64,000 bases of DNA from a bacterium (GTDB lineage: Bacteria; Actinomycetota; Acidimicrobiia; Spongiisociales; Spongiisociaceae). The DNA lies in assembly GCA_028821575.1 (NCBI GenBank), contig JAPPFW010000051.1, forward strand, positions 15,465 to 79,464. Direction: 5' to 3'. Positions 55,577 through 63,754 of this stretch are shown piece after piece (position 1 is the stretch's first letter; each line of letters opens with the position of its first letter). The position numbers were made by a program, and so were the translations under genes. The notes below the pieces were generated by a model. It searched no databases, had not been told where the DNA came from, and saw nothing but the letters and a program-made list of their open reading frames with translations.

Positions 55577-55864
55577 ATGCGAGGATATGCGATCGTCAAC
55601 ACTCAAATAACCGACCCGGACGGGTACGCCGAGTTCATAGAACGGATAGCGGACGTGGTCGCAACATACGGCGGAAGCTACCTGGTCCGCGGTGGGCGGA
55701 CCGAGTACAGGTACGGTGACTGGCAACCGGGCCGCGTGGTGGTGATCGAATTCGGCAGCTTCGAGAAGGCGCGCACCTTCGCGGACTCCCCCGAGTTCAC
55801 GGAACTCCGGGAGATCATCGATCGAACCTCGATAGGGCGTATGATCCTGGTAGAGGGCGTGTAG
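55577..55864 (+). CDS. DUF1330-family protein
   Basis: 95 aa, MRGYAIVNTQITDPDGY...YGG.YLVRGG......W.P.RVVVIEF.S...A. AAAGGAG RBS. Confidence 0.85.
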   Translation: MRGYAIVNTQITDPDGYAEFIERIADVVATYGGSYLVRGGRTEYRYGDWQPGRVVVIEFGSFEKARTFADSPEFTELREIIDRTSIGRMILVEGV

Positions 55865-55943
55865 CTTCGCTCGCCGACGGAACGAAGACGCTGCGTACCG
55901 GTCCGGCGAGGGCTGCACGCTGCGATGGCGGTGACACACCGCT

Positions 55944-56048
55944 GGTCAGTGGGCAGTGGTGGATGGTGGATGGTGGGCAGCGAGAAGGGCTACCAGCCAC
56001 CAGCCGTCAATGGTCGTCTACCAACTCACTGACAACTGACAACTGACA
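55944..56048. repeat. 105-nt tract of 15 in-phase heptamers
   Basis: GGTCAGT GGGCAGT GGTGGAT GGTGGAT GGTGGGC AGCGAGA AGGGCTA CCAGCCA CCAGCCG TCAATGG TCGTCTA CCAACTC (ACTGACA)x3. The outer units are complementary (GTCAGT/ACTGAC). Confidence 0.85.
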
Positions 56049-56164
56049 ACGGAGAAGGGATCGCCTATGAAGAACATGTCCGGTAGGTCCCCATTGGTTG
56101 GCGGGCTTGGCTGCCCGGCCGTCCCGCCCGGTCCGTTGCCTCTCTCCGGCTCGGGAGTGCTTCC

Positions 56165-57049
56165 GTGGTAGAGGTGGATGTAGCCGTCCGGGCTAATGCG
56201 CTGCTCGGTGAGTGCCCGCTCTGGAGTCCCGAGGAGGGGGTGCTCTACTGGGAGGACATCGACGGTCGGTTGGTGCACCGCTATGACCCGGCCACCGGCG
56301 AGGACCTGACCCGGGAACTGCCGGGACGGCCCGGCTCGATGGTTCTCACGTCGGAGCCCGGGAGGCTGCTCATCGCATCGGAGACCGAACTGGTCTGGTT
56401 CGACTGGTCGACCGGAAGCACCAATCCTTGGGTAACTCTGGAACCACCGGGAACCGGAAACCGGATGAACGACGGCCGTACGGACCCGGCGGGCCGCTTC
56501 TGGGTGGGCTCGATGTACGAGTTCGCCGACGACATGCGCCATACCGGTAGCATGTACCGGATCGAGGGCGACGGGTCGTTCACCGTCACCCGGGGCGGGG
56601 TGGGAGTACCCAACGCGCTGGCCTTCGACACCGAACGGGACCGGATGTACTGGGCCGACTCCCTGACCCGCACCGTGCTGTGCTACGACTACGACCTCGA
56701 GACGGGAGAGGCCCGCAACGAGAGGGTCTTCGTCGAGTTCGGCGACCTCCCGGGACGGCCGGACGGGGCGTGCATCGACGTCGAGGGCTGCTACTGGGTG
56801 GCGGCGGTCCGCGGCTCGGCGGTGCTGCGGTTCACTCCCGACGGCGCCGTCGACCGCAGGATCGACCTGCCCGTGACCAAGCCCTCGATGACGGCATTCG
56901 GCGGATCCGACCTGGGAACCCTGTTCGTGACCTCGATCGGAGGCGGGGGTAGCCATGCGCGGGATGCCGCCGAGCCGCGAGCCGGTGACCTGTTCGCCAT
57001 CGACCCCGGTGTCGCCGGACTACCCGACGCTCCCTTCGCAGGTACCTGA
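56165..57049 (+). CDS. SMP-30/gluconolactonase/LRE-family lactonase
   Basis: 294 aa with ECPLWSPEEGVLYWEDI, NDGRTDP.GRFWVGSM and PNALAFD blocks. Confidence 0.85.
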   Translation: MVEVDVAVRANALLGECPLWSPEEGVLYWEDIDGRLVHRYDPATGEDLTRELPGRPGSMVLTSEPGRLLIASETELVWFDWSTGSTNPWVTLEPPGTGNRMNDGRTDPAGRFWVGSMYEFADDMRHTGSMYRIEGDGSFTVTRGGVGVPNALAFDTERDRMYWADSLTRTVLCYDYDLETGEARNERVFVEFGDLPGRPDGACIDVEGCYWVAAVRGSAVLRFTPDGAVDRRIDLPVTKPSMTAFGGSDLGTLFVTSIGGGGSHARDAAEPRAGDLFAIDPGVAGLPDAPFAGT

Positions 57050-57121
57050 GATCCCGACACCCGGAAGGCGTCTCGAAGCTCGAGTGCTAGCATCCGGCGA
57101 CCCGCCCAGGAGGTACCTCGC

Positions 57122-58105
57122 ATGGCGCGTATCTGGTTCGAACGTAGGGTCATGCCCCTCCTGCGGCCCCACGTTCCACCGTCCGTCGAGGTGCTCGGGC
57201 CTGGCCGACCCGACGACATCCACGCGGGCATAGAAACCGCTCAGACAGGCATCGTCGCAAGGTCCCGCTTCGACGACAACGTCTTCGACCGGGCGCCGGA
57301 CCTGGTGGCCATCTGCCGGACCGGCATAGGCTGCGACAGCATCGACCTGGAGGCCGCCACCCGGCGCGGAATCGCCGTTTGCAACGCTCCGGACGGACCG
57401 ACGATATCCACCGCCGAGCATACGGCCGCACTGATGCTGGCCGCTTCCAAGAGCCTGATGCGAGCCGGGAACCAACTCCGCAACGCGTGCGGCGACGGTG
57501 ACCACTACGCCACCCACCTGGGGATCGAACTTTACGGCAAGACCCTCGGCCTGGTCGGATTCGGAAGGATCGCCCGCCGGGTCGCCGCCATCGGTACCGG
57601 CCTGAGCATGCACGTACGCGCATACGATCCCTACCTCGCCGAAGACGCGTTTCCCTCACCGGTGGTCCGGGTGCCGACTCTGGAGGAGTTACTCATCACC
57701 AGCGACGTGGTGTCGGTCCACGTGCCCATGAACCCCACCAACGCGCGGATGTTCGACGCCCAAGCGTTCGCCACGATGAAGCCGGGCGCGGTGTTCGTCA
57801 ACGCGGCGCGCGGCGGCCTCGTCGATCACGATGACCTTCTGGAGGCACTGGACAGCGGCCAGCTCTTCGGTGCAGGCCTCGACGTGACCGATCCCGAGCC
57901 GCTCGACCCCTCCCATCCGCTACTGCACCGGCCCAACGTGACCGTGACCCCTCATGTCGCCGCCGGCACCGACGAGGCCCGTGTGCGAATGTTCAAGCCC
58001 GCCGTCGAGCAGGCAATCATGGTCATCGAAGGACGCAGACCTCCACACATCGTCAACCCCGACGCCTGGAAGGGCGTGATCGCTCGCCTGAAACAGCGAC
58101 GATGA
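57122..58105 (+). CDS. D-isomer-specific 2-hydroxyacid dehydrogenase (PGDH/GhrB-like)
   Basis: GLVGFGRIARRVA NAD motif. RG..VD and the HVA..T catalytic His region. Confidence 0.9.
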   Translation: MARIWFERRVMPLLRPHVPPSVEVLGPGRPDDIHAGIETAQTGIVARSRFDDNVFDRAPDLVAICRTGIGCDSIDLEAATRRGIAVCNAPDGPTISTAEHTAALMLAASKSLMRAGNQLRNACGDGDHYATHLGIELYGKTLGLVGFGRIARRVAAIGTGLSMHVRAYDPYLAEDAFPSPVVRVPTLEELLITSDVVSVHVPMNPTNARMFDAQAFATMKPGAVFVNAARGGLVDHDDLLEALDSGQLFGAGLDVTDPEPLDPSHPLLHRPNVTVTPHVAAGTDEARVRMFKPAVEQAIMVIEGRRPPHIVNPDAWKGVIARLKQRR

Positions 58106-58185
58106 CAATACGGTAGGCCTGGCTGTCACAACTATCCGATCGGGTCGAGTCCCCCCGTGTCTCGACACTTGCTGGATGGGATTAG

Positions 58186-58406
58186 GCGTCGCGCCGGCAG
58201 CCGGGCTGGGCGCGATGATCGTGTCGGTCGAGCCGGGACCGCCGCGGGGTAGGTCTGCCGCTCGCAATCCTGAGACCCATGTTGTGCTTGCGATGTCATC
58301 CGGTTGCCGTTCGCCTTCGGACCCTGCCGCACTGGCCGATCCCACAGGCCCTGAGCCTCCCCCCGAAACGACGGACATGACCCAGGACGACCCGCGAGGC
58401 AACTGA
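58186..58406 (+). pseudogene. chimeric relic: middle of the membrane-protein gene fused to the 3' end of a VWA-lipoprotein paralog
   Basis: 58186-58285 aligns with 47230-47345 (GVA.AAGLGAM...). 58300-58406 aligns with 50070-50152 (AALA.PT..EP..ETTD.TQDD..GN stop). Confidence 0.6.
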
Positions 58407-58463
58407 GGTGTGCGATCGACAACGCAGAATGGGCTGACCCCCGGCACCACCAGTTTCCGATTG

Positions 58464-58488
58464 ATAGTCATAAGAATATGACTATAAT
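58464..58488 (+). promoter_or_regulatory. palindromic operator overlapping a TATAAT -10 box of the phd-vapC operon
   Basis: ATAGTCATA-AGAA-TATGACTAT (58464-58485). TATAAT lies at 58483-58488, 7 nt before the ATG at 58496, which predicts a leaderless mRNA. Confidence 0.5.
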
Positions 58489-58495
58489 TGCGGGC

Positions 58496-58771
58496 ATGGC
58501 GAACCCGAGCATCAACCCGGCAGAGCGCGCGGTGCCGGCCGGGGAGTTCAAGACGAATTGCCTACGCCTGATGGACGAGGTGCAGGAGACCGGAACGGTG
58601 ATCGTCGTTACCAAGCACCGCCGTCCGGTCGTGAGGGTGAGTCCGTTCCGCGAGGAGCCACCCACGCTGGTCGGGTCGTGTAAGGGCCAGTTGCGGATCA
58701 TCGGAGACATCGACAGCGACCCGGCCATTCCCGCCGACGACTGGGACATGCTCGCCCTCCCTCTTACCTAG
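58496..58771 (+). CDS. Phd/YefM-family antitoxin
   Basis: MANPSINPAERAVPAGEFKTNCLRLMDEVQETGTVIVVTKHRRPV is the Phd/YefM N-terminal fold pattern. An alternative ATG at 58478 lies inside the operator. Confidence 0.8.
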   Translation: MANPSINPAERAVPAGEFKTNCLRLMDEVQETGTVIVVTKHRRPVVRVSPFREEPPTLVGSCKGQLRIIGDIDSDPAIPADDWDMLALPLT

Positions 58772-58810
58772 CCGGCACAAGATCACGCTGTCTGAAGGAG
58801 AACCCCGGCG

Positions 58811-59242
58811 GTGAGCCTTCTTCTGGACACCAACGTCCTGTTACGCGTCGTAGTCGACAGCATTGACATCAGCGAGACCTTCAAGGAGGAGGTCGAGTCC
58901 GGTCTGGCCGTCGGTAGGATTTCGATCTCCACGGTAACGTTCGTGGAGACCACCCGTCTGCACTATCACGGGCGTATCGACCTGGGATGCCACCCGGCCG
59001 TCTGGCGTCGTGAGCGGCTGCGATCAGGTCTGCGGGAGATTCCCGTCAGCGGCGATATCGCCGTTGAGTCGGTATTGCTCATGAACACCGGCTTCCATCG
59101 CGACCCTGCCGACCAGTTGATCGTCGCCACGGCCATGCTGGCAGGTATGCGCCTTGCCACAACGGACGAGAAGATCATCGGCTGGGCACGGCGAAGCCGG
59201 CTGCTTCCGCTAGCAGACCCGGCCACGCGAACCCGGCAGTAG
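58811..59242 (+). CDS. vapC: PIN-domain ribonuclease toxin VapC
   Basis: MSLLLDTNVLL (first acidic residue), ...DPADQLIVATA...TTDEKI. GTG follows AAGGAG. Confidence 0.85.
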   Translation: MSLLLDTNVLLRVVVDSIDISETFKEEVESGLAVGRISISTVTFVETTRLHYHGRIDLGCHPAVWRRERLRSGLREIPVSGDIAVESVLLMNTGFHRDPADQLIVATAMLAGMRLATTDEKIIGWARRSRLLPLADPATRTRQ

Positions 59243-59255
59243 GTTGGGCGCCACT

Positions 59256-59679
59256 ATGCGTGTGGTCATCGGCTGGATTATCGCCGGAACGCTGCTCGCC
59301 GTCACCGTGCTGGGTGCGGTATCGGCTCATGACGTCCGAGGTGTCGTGAGCGGGATGGTGTCCAGCGTCGCCGTTGGCAGCCGGTCGGGTCGCGACCGCC
59401 GCGGGATGTAGTAGGTCTGCTGCTTGCAGTCCTGAGACCCGTGTTGTCGGTCGCCGCAGGCGTGATCACCCTCCTGAGCACCATGGTCGCCGGTTGCAAC
59501 GATGTGAACGTTGCAACGATGTGAACGGGGTTCCGAGTTGAGAGCGCTGTCACACGTGGTTGGGCACCCCGACCGTCGACTGGCCAGGAGCACCATTGCT
59601 CTCACTGGCGCTCGGTCTGGGCGTCGGCTACCTCGTCTGGTGGCTCTTCGAGATGCTGTTCCAGAGCCGTGTGGAGTAG
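59256..59679 (+). pseudogene. decayed paralog of the membrane-protein gene at 47136-47564
   Basis: Co-linear DNA similarity from ATG to TAG, interrupted by stops and frameshifts and by a 17-bp tandem duplication GTTGCAACGATGTGAAC (59493-59509 and 59510-59526). Confidence 0.7.
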
Positions 59680-59837
59680 CGGTCCGGCTCATTGGTGCGA
59701 GACGACCGTGCTTCGGCCTCAACTCCGACTAATCCACGATTTCTCATATCACTAATCCCTATTGTCTTACCAAGCTACTCCACGTTCTTACCTTGCAACA
59801 TGGTCGCCTCGGCGCGACGAGTCGGGTACGGACTAGG

Positions 59838-60782
59838 TCAGAAGAGGGCGGCCTGGCGCGGAGGTGACTCCTGTTCGTGATCGGATCGGGCTCCACCCAG
59901 GATCCGTTCGAGTTCGGATGGATCGGTCAGGGCGAGGGCGCCTCTCCGCTCAAGCGGCGCGTTGCCGGGACCCTCTCCGTCTCCCCTCCACACGGCCATC
60001 CGGCAGTAGTCGCCTCTGATGGCCTCCGTAGCGCCCGACCAGGTTCCGCCCGAGCCGTTGTCGGCGGCGACCGCGACCGTCACGTCCGACAACGCGTAGA
60101 TGAGCTTGTTCCGACCCGTCGCCTTGCCGACCGAGAAGGATGAGTCCGGAGCGTACGGGGTGCACACCACCGTCCGCCCGTCGTGAACCGCCCGCCGCAC
60201 ATCGGGAGACCTCAGCGTCCGCACCAGAGAGTGGGCCGGGACTCCGACCACGGTTCCTCCGGCCCGGAATGCCGCGCTCATCGCCAATTGGTCGACTCCC
60301 CGCGCCGCGCCCGAGATGAGAGGGAGCCCGAGCGAAGCGGCCTGCCGCCCCAGCGCCTTGGCGGCCACTGCGCCGTCCCTGCTCACGTTGCGGCTTCCCA
60401 CCACGCCGACACCCGGCTGATCGAGGAGTTCGAAGGCACCGGCAGCATGGAGAATTGCCGGTCTCTTCGATCCGAGCCTCGCGTGCAAGCGCTGCGGATA
60501 GCCCTCGTCGAACGGCGTGAGCGTCGCTACACCCGACTGGTCGAGCCGGTCCAACTCGAAGGCCATCGCGACTGCCCTTGAGAGAAGCCCCACCACAAGG
60601 GCTGCCAAGTCCTCCGCCAACCCGGAGCCGATCAGATCGTCCTCGGACCTTCCGAGTAGATGACCCGGATCACCGGCCTGATCGACCAGGCGCCAGAACT
60701 GCGAAGCACTGAGCGGCGCCGCGCCGTCCCGCGCCATCCTGCTCACCAGGAGGACGGTCGCCAGCGAGTCCTCGTTCCGCAT
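59838..60782 (-). CDS. dprA: DprA/Smf-family (SLOG superfamily) Rossmann-fold protein, island-located paralog
   Basis: GVVGSRNVS...ISGAARGVDQLAMSAAF..GGTVVGV...GRNKLIYALSDVTVAVAA..GSGGTWSGATEA blocks. The ATG at 60782 is 8 nt after GGGGAGA, and an in-frame TAG lies 27 nt upstream. Confidence 0.8.
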   Translation of the reverse strand: MRNEDSLATVLLVSRMARDGAAPLSASQFWRLVDQAGDPGHLLGRSEDDLIGSGLAEDLAALVVGLLSRAVAMAFELDRLDQSGVATLTPFDEGYPQRLHARLGSKRPAILHAAGAFELLDQPGVGVVGSRNVSRDGAVAAKALGRQAASLGLPLISGAARGVDQLAMSAAFRAGGTVVGVPAHSLVRTLRSPDVRRAVHDGRTVVCTPYAPDSSFSVGKATGRNKLIYALSDVTVAVAADNGSGGTWSGATEAIRGDYCRMAVWRGDGEGPGNAPLERRGALALTDPSELERILGGARSDHEQESPPRQAALF

Positions 60783-61032
60783 CAACCGATCTCCCCGCGG
60801 CGTCGTCTAGCTTCGCGCTGTTGAGGGTCGCAGCCCCGACTCGCACACGGTCCCCTCGATCTGGCTGTGCACGCACCCCCTCGCGCATCTCCCCAGGAAA
60901 CGTAACGGGGCCTTGTGACAGGTACCACACCACTACATCCGAGAGCGGGAGCACGCCCATGAGGAACTGTCCTTTAACGACCTCATGGCCGCCCCATTGC
61001 CCGAGGAACCCGCGGGCCTGCTCGCCGGGTGC

Positions 61033-61459
61033 TTACTGTTCGAGTGTCCGACCCGTACGGGAACACATTTCCCGGAGCCCGCCTGTAGTTAGGGCGAAGC
61101 TGCACGGCCCGCTTCGTGAGTCCAGCGCGGCTAGGTCGTCCCAGAACTTGATGATGAGGTCGTAGATGTCGTCCTGTGTCATGTTCGAGCTTCCCGTGAG
61201 AAAGACGGCTCTGACTCCCGCGTCGTGTAGCTTGGCACGCTCTACCGGCCGAGTCCTGATCCTCTTGTCACGGGTGATGAACAGCAGGTCTCTCCGATCG
61301 GCGCCAATCTCCTCGAATATCTCGGTGTCCTTCGCGCCCCGGATACAGAACGGTGCCTATTGCTGGTAGCTCGGCCAGCTTCCTTCCCACCGGAAGGATG
61401 TTCTCATCAGCGAAGACACCTCTGATCTTACGCGACGCGGGAACAGCGCACCGCGTCAT
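61033..61459 (-). pseudogene. DUF5615/Mut7-C PIN-like toxin (VapC45-like), disrupted by a frameshift
   Basis: The N-terminal part (frame A) reads ...VFADENILPVGRKLAEL. The remainder (another frame, after a TAG at 61357-61359) reads PFCIRGAKDTEIFEEIGADRRDLLFITRDKRI...VFLTG.... The frames switch near 61350-61365. Confidence 0.6.
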
Positions 61460-62096
61460 CCACCGCCCGCGGTGTGATGTTCCACATCTCGGCGACGGCA
61501 CCCCGGCTTTCCCCCGCGACAACAGACTCGGCGACTGTGGCAACCCGTAGACGGCGTCCGGCGATCGTCGGCTCACCCGACGCGTACTCAGGATCGATCA
61601 CGATGCTGTCCGCGATGCGGAACCGGCGTACGATGGCATCTTCATAGTCCGCGGCCTGCTGGAAGCGGCGGACTTCAAGGGACGGCAAGACGGCCTGCCC
61701 GCTACGAACCACGAAGCGAAGCGATGGCTGCAGGTTCGTTACCTGCTGCACCAGCAGGACCAGTTCCCGGCCCTCAGCGCTCAAGAACGGCTGAGCGGCG
61801 GCCAGCGGGTAGTCGGTGCCGAACTCTTCGCGGAGCGCCATGATCGCCGGGCGCATCCGAAAGACGGACACGCCCCGCTGCCGATACTCTGAAATGAGCC
61901 GGGCCTCTACGAACTCTCCCCATGTGACGGTTTCCGAACCCGTCGCGGCCACCCTTACCAGCGGTTCGTAGTGCCGACCCCGCCGTTCGTATCCATCGAT
62001 CCAACGGCACGCTGTACCACGGGAGAGGCCCAAAAGACGGTCGACCTGGCCCATGCCATAGACCTCGCGGTCCAACAGAGCAACCGTGTCACCCAC
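61428..62096 (-). CDS. HTH + DUF433 antitoxin-like protein (VapB45-like)
   Basis: The GTG at 62096 is 5 nt after GGAGGAGG. N-terminal HTH (MGQVDRLLGLSRGTACRWI). C-terminal DUF433 (DPEYASGEPTIAGRRLRVATV...). The track ORF extends to 62228. Confidence 0.7.
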   Translation of the reverse strand: MGDTVALLDREVYGMGQVDRLLGLSRGTACRWIDGYERRGRHYEPLVRVAATGSETVTWGEFVEARLISEYRQRGVSVFRMRPAIMALREEFGTDYPLAAAQPFLSAEGRELVLLVQQVTNLQPSLRFVVRSGQAVLPSLEVRRFQQAADYEDAIVRRFRIADSIVIDPEYASGEPTIAGRRLRVATVAESVVAGESRGAVAEMWNITPRAVDDAVRCSRVA

Positions 62097-62233
62097 TAGC
62101 GCCTCCTCCGTAGGCCCGCCAACTGTCCGCCAAAATACCACGACGCGGAGACCATGACCCACGTTTCCCGCTCCAAGACCCTGTGCTACCCACGGCATAA
62201 AGGGAATCCGGCCTCCGCGGATTGCCAATGTGG

Positions 62234-62258
62234 ATAGTTCTAGTCATAATAGAACTAT
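62234..62258 (+). promoter_or_regulatory. palindromic operator and -10 box at the start of the GntR gene
   Basis: ATAGTTCTA-GTCATAA-TAGAACTAT. CATAAT (62245-62250) lies 6 nt before the ATG at 62257, so the mRNA is probably leaderless and autoregulated. Confidence 0.45.
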
Positions 62259-62604
62259 GCTCTGGAAGATCGATGCGCAGTCACCGCAGCCCCTTCACGC
62301 ACAGCTGGCCGGTCAGATACGCCGTGGCATCGCCGCCCGCGAGCTCGCTGAAGGCGAGAAGCTGCCCCCGGCCCGTGACCTGGCGAAGGGCCTGGGGGTG
62401 AACATGCACACGGTCCTCCGGGCATTCCAGACATTGCGCGACGAGGGCTTGCTGGAAGTCCGCCGAGGCCGCGGCACATCGGTGGCGCGGGACGCCGAGT
62501 CGGCGGCCCGCCACGTCGAGCTCGCCCGCAGCCTGGTCAGCGAGGCGCGCCGCGCCGGTCTGGGCAACCGTGAGATCCTCCGACTGGTAGAGGTGCAACT
62601 ATGA
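62257..62604 (+). CDS. short GntR-family (YtrA/YhcF-like) transcriptional regulator
   Basis: GEKLPPARDLAKGLGVNMHTVLRAFQTLRDEGLLEVRRGRGTSV is a winged-HTH region. About 115 aa, with no effector domain. Confidence 0.85.
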   Translation: MLWKIDAQSPQPLHAQLAGQIRRGIAARELAEGEKLPPARDLAKGLGVNMHTVLRAFQTLRDEGLLEVRRGRGTSVARDAESAARHVELARSLVSEARRAGLGNREILRLVEVQL

Positions 62605-63566
62605 ACGAGTCAACAAGGCGAGCGGTCCTGGGCGCCGGCATCCCCGCCGCGGTGGTGGGCGCGGGCCTCGGCCCGTACCTGGCCTACCGGTCCGACCTCC
62701 CGGATCGGGTGGCGAGTCACTTCGGCATCTCCGGTAGGGCAGACGACTCCATGACACCCGAGCTGTTCCTCGTCGTTGTCGGGGTGCTGATGGTGCTCGG
62801 CCTGGGGATGTGCATGGCCGTCGCCCTGATCCGGCGGAGGCTCCAGCCGATGGTCGTGCTGGGCGCGTCGTTCATCGGCGCGTTCGTCGGAGCGCTGGCG
62901 GCAGGAATACTCGCCACCACGGCCATCGGCCAGAGAGGGCTGGAGCGGTGGCAGGAGGCGACGCTGTCCCCCTGGGCCCTGATCCTATGGATCGGCGGGA
63001 GCCTCGTCGTCGGTAGCGCTGCGGCCTGGATCGCCTCGTCGCTTCCGACCGCCGACGATCCCGGCACCGGGATGGTACCGCCGATCATGGAACTCGCCCC
63101 CGGCCAGCGGGCCTTCTGGACTTCCTGCCTGTACGCCAGGTGGCCGCTGCTGCTGGGCCTGGTCGCCCTCCTCGTAGCTCTGGGTCTAGCCCAACTCACC
63201 GAAATGTGGATCGGGATCGTCCTGCTGGTTCCCGCGATAGCAATGACCACCTTCAGCCGTATACGCGTCACAGCCGACCGGTCGGGATTGCAGGTCCGTT
63301 ACGGGTTCCTCGGTTGGCCCCGCACGTCGGTGCCCCTGCGCCATATCGCCACCGCCCGGGCCATAGACGTCCGCCCCACCGAATGGGGCGGATGGGGATA
63401 CCGGGGCAGCCTGACCCTCATGAAACGCGCCGCTGTGGTCCTGCGCGCCGGTCCCGGCATCCGCCTCGATCTGCACGACAGCAAGGTCTTCGTCGTGACC
63501 ATCGACAATCCCGAGATCCCCGCCCGACTGCTGAACGCCGAAGCCTCCCGCCTGACAACTACTTGA
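62601..63566 (+). CDS. DUF1648-type membrane protein with C-terminal PH-like (bPH) domain
   Basis: ATGA overlap with the GntR stop. N-terminal DRVASHFGISGRAD motif typical of DUF1648/SdpI-like proteins, followed by 5-6 TM segments. Confidence 0.65.
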   Translation: MNESTRRAVLGAGIPAAVVGAGLGPYLAYRSDLPDRVASHFGISGRADDSMTPELFLVVVGVLMVLGLGMCMAVALIRRRLQPMVVLGASFIGAFVGALAAGILATTAIGQRGLERWQEATLSPWALILWIGGSLVVGSAAAWIASSLPTADDPGTGMVPPIMELAPGQRAFWTSCLYARWPLLLGLVALLVALGLAQLTEMWIGIVLLVPAIAMTTFSRIRVTADRSGLQVRYGFLGWPRTSVPLRHIATARAIDVRPTEWGGWGYRGSLTLMKRAAVVLRAGPGIRLDLHDSKVFVVTIDNPEIPARLLNAEASRLTTT

Positions 63567-63754
63567 ACACGACAGGCAAGCGAGGCGGCTCGGCCGGTTG
63601 CGGGAGTGCGGAACTGCCTAGGAGCCGAGAACCGTCCGATCCGCCCCGGCAGTTCGACAGGCACCCCTGAGCCCGTTCGTGCTGATCGCCACGCGAGGGA
63701 AGCCCTAGGCTGAAGGACGTGAGCGAGTCCGGCAGCACGGGTGGTGGGGGACCT

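Noticed and set aside
60670-60960. 96-aa ORF upstream of and overlapping the DprA-like gene
   Set aside because: It overlaps dprA by 113 nt in another frame and has no recognisable family. Its RBS is weak (AAAGGA) and its third-position GC is mediocre. It could be real, but I cannot support it.
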